Assembly: GCF_009914755.1 (NCBI RefSeq)
Contig: NC_060936.1
DNA: 64,000 bases
DNA from: the human T2T-CHM13v2.0 reference genome, Homo sapiens
Reading direction: 5' to 3' (one strand)
Part shown: positions 57,134 to 64,000 of the stretch, piece by piece
How the letters are laid out: every line of letters starts with the position of its first letter
How positions within the stretch are numbered: position 1 is the first letter of the stretch
Translations under genes and position numbers: made by a program
Notes under the pieces: model-generated
The model's input: the letters and a program-made list of their open reading frames with translations, nothing else
The model's database searches: none
Told to the model about the DNA's origin: nothing

Positions 57134-57961
57134 CTGGTAGAGGTTTTAAAATGTGTATTATCCATCAGTGGGTTCTAGGACCTAGCACAGTATGCACATT
57201 CCGGTAATTCAGGGAATAATGCATTACATTTTTTTCTTGTCTTTCTAAAATGATTGAAATCCTTTGTGAAAAGGGCATGGACACAGCATGCAGACAAACA
57301 TGAGAAGTAATTGGCACCCAGTAGTGTAGGACTTGGTGATGCTGACATAAAATATTGTGGGACTATGAAAGATTTTAGAACAAATTCTCCAGTCGAATTT
57401 TTAGGCGATTAAAAAATTTGTATTGGTGGCATCCAAGACACTGTAGGCAATGTAAAAGCAAATATAGTGCATTGCTCACCTTGGCATTAATATTATATAG
57501 ACTGTGACTTTAAATTCACCTAATCCATTCTGTGGTCTTAGTGCATATTGTTTTGCATTCGTTTGTGCTTCACATCACAGTGTATTAAGTTCAGTATGAG
57601 TTAAGGGCAATAATGTGTCAAATTCCATTTGCATCCTTTGACTTTATTTTAAGTAACTGAGTAATAAAAATCCACACCAATGTTCAGGAGATGACTCTGG
57701 GGCATGGTTCTCCATAGTATGTCCTAAGGTGCACATGGAGTCTGAAACCTAGTGATATTGGATTCAGAGGATTTGAGGCTGTGGGCCTTATTTTTACAAA
57801 GGAGAGTGCAAAAAACCCAAAAATTTATAGTTGAAAAGTTATTTTATATATATATATTTTTCAGAGAAAGAGAGGAAACTCTAACCTAACTAGTATCTGT
57901 AGTATCCAGTTAGTTTAAGTGATGACATTTCCTTGGGAACTGGGAAAGGAAGACTAATAAC

Positions 57962-58325
57962 AATGACGATTAATTTTATGTCAGCTTGGCTAGGCCACAG
58001 TACCCAGATATTTGGTCAAACACTGGTCTGGAGGTTGTTGTGAAGGTATCTGTTACATGAGATTAACATTTAAATCAGCAGACTTTGAGTAAAGCAGTTG
58101 GCCCTCCATAATGTAGGTGGGCCTCTTTCAGTCACTTGAAGGCCTCAAGAGGAAAAGACTGACCTCTCCCAGGGAAGAGGAATTCTGCCAACAGACTGCT
58201 TTGAGATTCAAGTTGCAATATCAACTCTCCCCTGGGGCTTCAGTCTACTGGTTTACCCTGTAGATTTTGAACTTACTGGCTCCTACAAGGGTGAGAGCCA
58301 ACTCCTTAAAAATCAGTCATTCTCT

Positions 58326-58359
<34 letters not shown>

Positions 58360-58409
58360 ACACCCACACACACACGGTTCCATTTTTCTAGGGAACCTTG
58401 ACTAATATA
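57962..58409 (+). mobile_element. MLT2 (ERVL) solo LTR with internal (CA)n at about 58327-58375
   Basis: ttaattttatgtcagcttggctaggccacagtacccag...gaaccttgactaata. Confidence 0.9.
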
Positions 58410-59539
58410 CTAAGCATGTCTAAAATGACATCTCTTAACAGTTTTTGTGGTTTTGTTTTCATAACTGTCATTTAAAACTTTCTTTGTGATTTACATACAA
58501 ATCTTTTTTTAAGTTTCATTTTCTCTAAATTTCCATGTTGACATTTTAAAGCCAAAAAATTTATAAATCTCCAGTCTAATCACATTTCTAGAAACAAAAC
58601 ATGTGTCAGTAGTAAATCTTATGCAGAATAAAATTTTACCCGTGAGCTGAGTCACCCACCAGACAGGATGCACCAAACCCTACCTTGTGTCCTCTTTAAC
58701 TTTAGAGTATACAACAGCACCTCCTACCTTGGTGTGTACCCAAGCACACAATGCCTTAAAAATAATTTGCAGATACAAAGCTGGTTTTTTTTTTCCCCAA
58801 AAATGTACTCATATTTCCTCTTTTATTATATAAATACCAGTTCAACCTTTTATGGTAGTAAGAAATAAACATTTTAAGAAGATCTTTGTTATTATTTATA
58901 CAAATTCACAAACAGGACGATTAATTGATGAATTTCTCTGGGTTTCTTTAACTCCATGGTCTTGTATGTTGCTGTGGAGGATTCTAAAAAAAAAACCACA
59001 AAAATACAACAAAAATATACATTCTACTCAAAAGTGATTTCTTTAAAGCCACAACTAGTTGTCCCTCACACCATTCTGTGCAGGGCAGTGAGGTGAATTG
59101 CCACATCCCAGCAAGAACTTTTTTTTTTTCTTCCTGGATTCTAGAGCATCTATGAATTGCATCACTGAAAGTTTCCCCTTCCTCCCCTTCCTACCAGAAG
59201 AGTGGAGAAACAGTGAAAAATCTGAAGGTAGAATTCTACTTTCAGACTCATCCAAAGGAGCTTCTAATTTGAGAAAGGCCATCACAGAGAAATGACTGGC
59301 ACTGAATAAATAACTGAGACCTCTGTCATTCTGCTTGCTTCCGATTAATAACAGCCCCTGCTAAAACAAGGATGCCTCCAGAGCCCAGGTTCAGCATCTA
59401 TGCCCTCCTTCTCACTAACTATTTTACCAGCCCCTGTCTTGCATGAGGTCTGCCCCATGCTCTTTGTATCCTCTCCCTTGGCTTTCCTTTATTCTTTATG
59501 GTCCTGCTAAAAGACTGGAGAGAATGTAATCCAAAGATT

Positions 59540-59730
59540 TACCGAACACTTACTATATGTCAACTACTGTTGTAAGTGCTTGGGTTCTATGAAGAGGTAG
59601 TATTTTCATGTCACTTTTACAGGAGAGAAATATTTAGGAGTTTGAATAAGCTCCCCCGGGCCACATATCGTCATGGCAGAACATAGATTTGAACCAAACT
59701 AGTTTGAGTCTAGAGCTTATATTATTTACT
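59540..59730 (-). mobile_element. MIR
   Basis: tttaccgaacacttactatatgtc...atggcagaacatagatttgaacc. Confidence 0.65.
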
Positions 59731-60301
59731 ATATTACTGTATTGAGCATTACAATAAGTGCTGAGGTATAAATCAATGATCCTAGCCTAATGTGCTATTT
59801 TTTTCCTATCAGATTTGAATTTTATGATAATGCTGATGGGATGAGCTAGATGGGATTTCCAGATCCTAGAATGAGATTAGGTATCCAAGAGGTGCTCAGG
59901 CTTTTCACAATAATTCTCTAATCATATCTGTAGATTGTATCTTCCTTTTCTCTTTCTATTAGTTTTTGAATTAATAATTGATTTACTTTTATTTGATTTA
60001 TAGCAGCATTTATTTTATCTATTGCATAACAAGTTTTCCTAGCTTCCAAATTTTTGACTTATAGCAAGTCTAGGATTTCAGAATTAGACAGTATTTTATT
60101 GACAGAGAAAGATAATTTTGCCAAAAGTCATTTGATGTATTTCTGTGGTTCTTGTCAGCTCCATGGGCCTCATAAAAGAAATCAGAAATCCACCCTTCAA
60201 TTATTGGAGAAGCACACTGAGGTTTGAAGGGGTTTCTCCTGGAAATTAATAATTCCTGTTCTTGTATTACAGATGAGAGATACGAATCTAGAAGGTGAGG
60301 T

Positions 60302-61082
60302 TGATAGGGAAGTGCTGGGAAAGGAAGAGCGTATTGCCTTTAAATGATACCTAAGGGGGGAAGGGACGAGCTGGGTAGAGGAGGGCGTGGTCCCTGGCTA
60401 GGTCTCTACCCCTACAGACCTAGTTGAGGACAGGCATTTCCTAAGACCACCCTGGCCTACCATGTCCCCATCCTGGTCCTATAAAAACCCGAGACCCTAG
60501 TGCGCAGACACACAGGCAGCCAGACGTCGATGGGAGCACATCGGCTGAAGCAGACACAAGCGGCCGGTCCTTGAGAGCCTGCTGGCAGAAGAGCATGGCA
60601 GGCACAGGCGGGCCAACAGGCCATCCACTGGCGGAAGATGCGGAGGCTGGGGCAGTCAGAGGAGAACCTGGGGCTGCCGAGCAGCCCAACTCCAGGGGAA
60701 GACCATCTCACTTCTGGCTTCCCCATCCTGGGAGAACTACTGCCATTCAGTAAAACTTTGCACTTATCCTCCAAGCCCACGTGTGATCCGATTCTTCCGG
60801 TTCACCAAGGTAAGAACCCAGGATACAGAAAACCCTCTGTCCTTGTGACCAGGCAGAGGGTCTAATCGGGCTTACTAACCGCTAAACTAAGCACCCTGTA
60901 ATACATGGGCACTGGGGCTTCAGGAGCTGTAAACATTCACCCCTAGACACTGTGGCGGTCGGAGCCCCACAACCTGCCTGTCTGTATACTCCCCTAGAGG
61001 TTTGAGCAGCGGGGCACTGAAGAAGTGAGCCACAGCCCCTTTGCAGCCCCGCGAGGGGGACAAGGGAATCTTTCCTCTTTCA
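60302..61082 (+). mobile_element. LTR1-family (ERV1) solo LTR
   Basis: tgatagggaagtgctggg...ctttca; TATA-like cctataaaaa at about 60478; TSD aggt at 60298-60301 and 61083-61086. Confidence 0.88.
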
Positions 61083-61145
61083 AGGTGATGAGTAGAGAAG
61101 CAGTTACTACTGATAGTTGAGTGCAATCTTAAAAGGATGAACAGG

Positions 61146-61675
61146 GGTTCTCATTGTTCAGTTCCTACCTATGAGTAAGAATATGCGACGTTTGGTTTTC
61201 TGTCCTTATGATAGTTTGCTCAGAATGATGGTTTCCAGCTGCATCCATGTCCCTGCAAAGGACATGAACTCAACCTTTTTTATGGCTGCATAGTATTCCA
61301 TGGTGTGTATGTGCCACATTTTCTTAATCCAGTCTATCATTGATGGACATTTGGGTTGGTTCCAAGTCTTTTCTAGTGTAAATAGTGCCGCAATAAACAT
61401 ACGTGTGCATGTGTCTTTATAGCAGCATGATTTATAATCCTTTGGGTATATACCCAGTAACGGGATTAAATGGTATTTCTAGTTCTCAGGGAACATCACA
61501 CCCTGGGGCCTGTCGTGGGGTGGGGGGGCAGGGGGAGGGATAGCATTAGGAGAAATACTTAATGTAAATGAGGAGTTAATGGGTGCAGCAAACCAACATG
61601 GCACATGTATACGTATGTAACACACCTGCACATTGTGCACATGTACCTAGAACTTAAAGTATAATAATAATAATG
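61146..61675 (+). mobile_element. Short 5'-inverted L1PA (about PA4-6): inverted 61146-61485, sense 61487-61675
   Basis: Perfect 15-bp TSD aaaaggatgaacagg at 61131-61145 and 61676-61690. Confidence 0.95.
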
Positions 61676-61987
61676 AAAAGGATGAACAGGAATGAACAAA
61701 GTGGGGAAAGTAGAAAGAAACTTCCAGGAAGGAGCAAGGAGATGGAAGTTTGAAATTTCCTGGAGTGTGGCGGCAACTGTGAGAGGTTTGTTCTGGCTGG
61801 AAGTGTGGGGAGTGTTGGGGGTGGCACAGGAGTCAGGAGCAAGATAATGATATCTATTGCTCTAAAAATTGAAGGGAACTGTTAACAGATTTTGAGGAGG
61901 CCATATGGTGAGAGATGCCTTTGGGGAAGACTAGTCCAGCAGAGCCTTGGTAAGATGCGGAGAGAGAACCTATGAGGCCATAGTTGA

Positions 61988-63066
61988 TGTCAGTTTGTTT
62001 GCTTGGCATCCTGCCTCGTTTTGGTATCAGAACCCTTCCCTTTTTGGCTTAGTAACTGCTCCTCTCCTACTCCAGTTGATTTTTTGGGAAAACTTCCAGT
62101 CACAGTTCCCTACTCCTGACTCTGCAGTCAGAGAGAGGCATACATTTCCTAGGCATGGGCAGTGATGGTGTCCCATCCCTAGGCACTCTGATCTGTCCAA
62201 GCAACAGTGTGTGACTGCAGTTAGGTCCATCAAATTCTGAGGTTAGGATTTTAAAATATGCTTATATGGAAGACAGAGGCATTCTCTTTCTTTTAGGATT
62301 TCTAAACTGAAATGACGAATACCTGGGTCTTCCTCTGGCTGTTATATTGGTTTCTTATGGCATTAGGAAATAAATACCACAAACTGGGTGGCTTCTAAAA
62401 TAGAAATTTATTCTCTCGTAGTTCTGGAGGCTAGAAGTTCAAAATGAAGGTGTCAGCAGGGTGGTGCTCTGAAGGTTGCAGAAGAGGATTCTTCTTTGTA
62501 TCTTCCAGCTTGGTGGGTTCCCTTCGATCTTTAGCATTTCTTGACTTCTAGATGCATCACTCCAATATCTGCCTTCATTGTCACATGGCCATCTTCTTCC
62601 CGGATGTCTCTTTGTCCAAAATTTCCCTCTTCTTAGAAGAATACCAGTCACTGAATTAGGGCCCATCCTAAGTTAGTATGATCTCATCTTAACTTGATTA
62701 TCTCTGCAAAGACACTATTTCAAATTAAGGTTACATTTACAGGTTCTGGGTAGACGTTAATTTTGGAGGATGTGGGAGAGGACTCTGCAGCCTAGGACAG
62801 CCTTCTTTCCTGATGCCCAGGTAAACTGATTGCAGTAGGACAGAAAAACACCGTAGTCCTTATTGAAACAGAGACGGCAGGTGGAGAGAGTCCTGGTTAC
62901 TAGGCACTGTGTGCTTAATTGCACTGGATCCCACAGTTATTCTTTTCGTTTTATGGACTACCCAACTTTCCTTCTTTCAGAAAATTTTCTCCCTTCCCGA
63001 TTGTTTCCTTAGGCTATATTGAGTTAGGTTTCTGTTCCTTCCTACTAAAACAATTCTGATAAATAC
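61988..63066 (+). mobile_element. Old ERVL-type LTR (LTR16/LTR33-like) interrupted by MLT1
   Basis: 3' end ttgagttaggtttctgttcc...ctgataaataca. Confidence 0.5.
62340..62800 (-). mobile_element. MLT1C-like solo LTR
   Basis: aataccacaaactgggtggc...agttctggaggctagaag...ctctgcaaagacactatttc. Confidence 0.85.
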
Positions 63067-63404
63067 AGGGATTATTGCACCATTCCAGGTGGATAGAGAA
63101 GCAGATCTGAGACATGGCCGTTGTAGTAGAAATTGCTTCAAGAGGAATTAAGAAGGTGGACTTAATAGAGCTTGCACTCTGTTTAAATGTTTGGATTAAA
63201 GGAGAGGAATGAGTCTACAGTAATTCTTGGGATGGCTGAGTAGATGATGGGGCCGTTCTCTGAGAAAGAAATAGAAGAGCATAAAAAGGCATGAAGTTTG
63301 GTCTTTGCCAACTTCTTTAGACTATTATTATTTATTAGCCTTCTGAAGCCTGTGATTTCTTGAGGGCAGGGAACATACTCGTATTTTAAAAAATCTGCAG
63401 TGCT

Positions 63405-63764
<360 letters not shown>

Positions 63765-64000
63765 TTAAAAATAAAAATCCACAGCTTGAAAGGCAAAATA
63801 TCTCTCTGCAGCCAATAGAACATATGATCTATGTTCTAAAGCCTGAAAATGTTTGTACCATTATTCAGCTCCCTGGAGAATCCATCATTATATATAGAAG
63901 TTTGTATGCAATAGATTACTAGTTTCATATTTATATAATAGTCACTAAAATAAAAAAGAGAAAAAAACGTAAACTCATAGGGTCATCAACAGGGAGACTG

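Overview
This is primate (human-like) genomic DNA, intergenic or deep-intronic, and dominated by transposable elements. I cannot support any host protein-coding gene, RNA gene or CRISPR array; most of the longer listed ORFs are LINE-1, Alu or LTR translations and the rest resemble no protein I recognise. Contents: a nested block of old L1P elements (1-12.6 kb) ending in an AT-rich 34-bp minisatellite; about 11 Alus; a 5'-intact, 3'-deleted L1PA (38.8-42.3 kb); solo LTRs (MST/THE1, MLT1, MLT2, LTR12, MER52, LTR1); MER47 and MADE1 MITEs; and MIR/L2/L1M relics. I found no new multi-gene system. The most interesting structures are: (i) a 4.7-kb TSD-bounded insertion that looks like a 5'-inverted L1 carrying an ancient ~2.4-kb 3' transduction (48480-53219); (ii) a GC-converted patch where an L1 poly(A) tail appears to have become C-rich (about 6.56-7.15 kb); (iii) an inverted AluY pair sharing a private 3-base variant; (iv) an L1 ORF0 that reads through into a flanking MIR (198 aa); and (v) a duplicated ~75-bp element with STAT-like and TATA-like motifs. 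Subfamily labels are from memory of consensus sequences and are approximate; boundaries of old elements are approximate.
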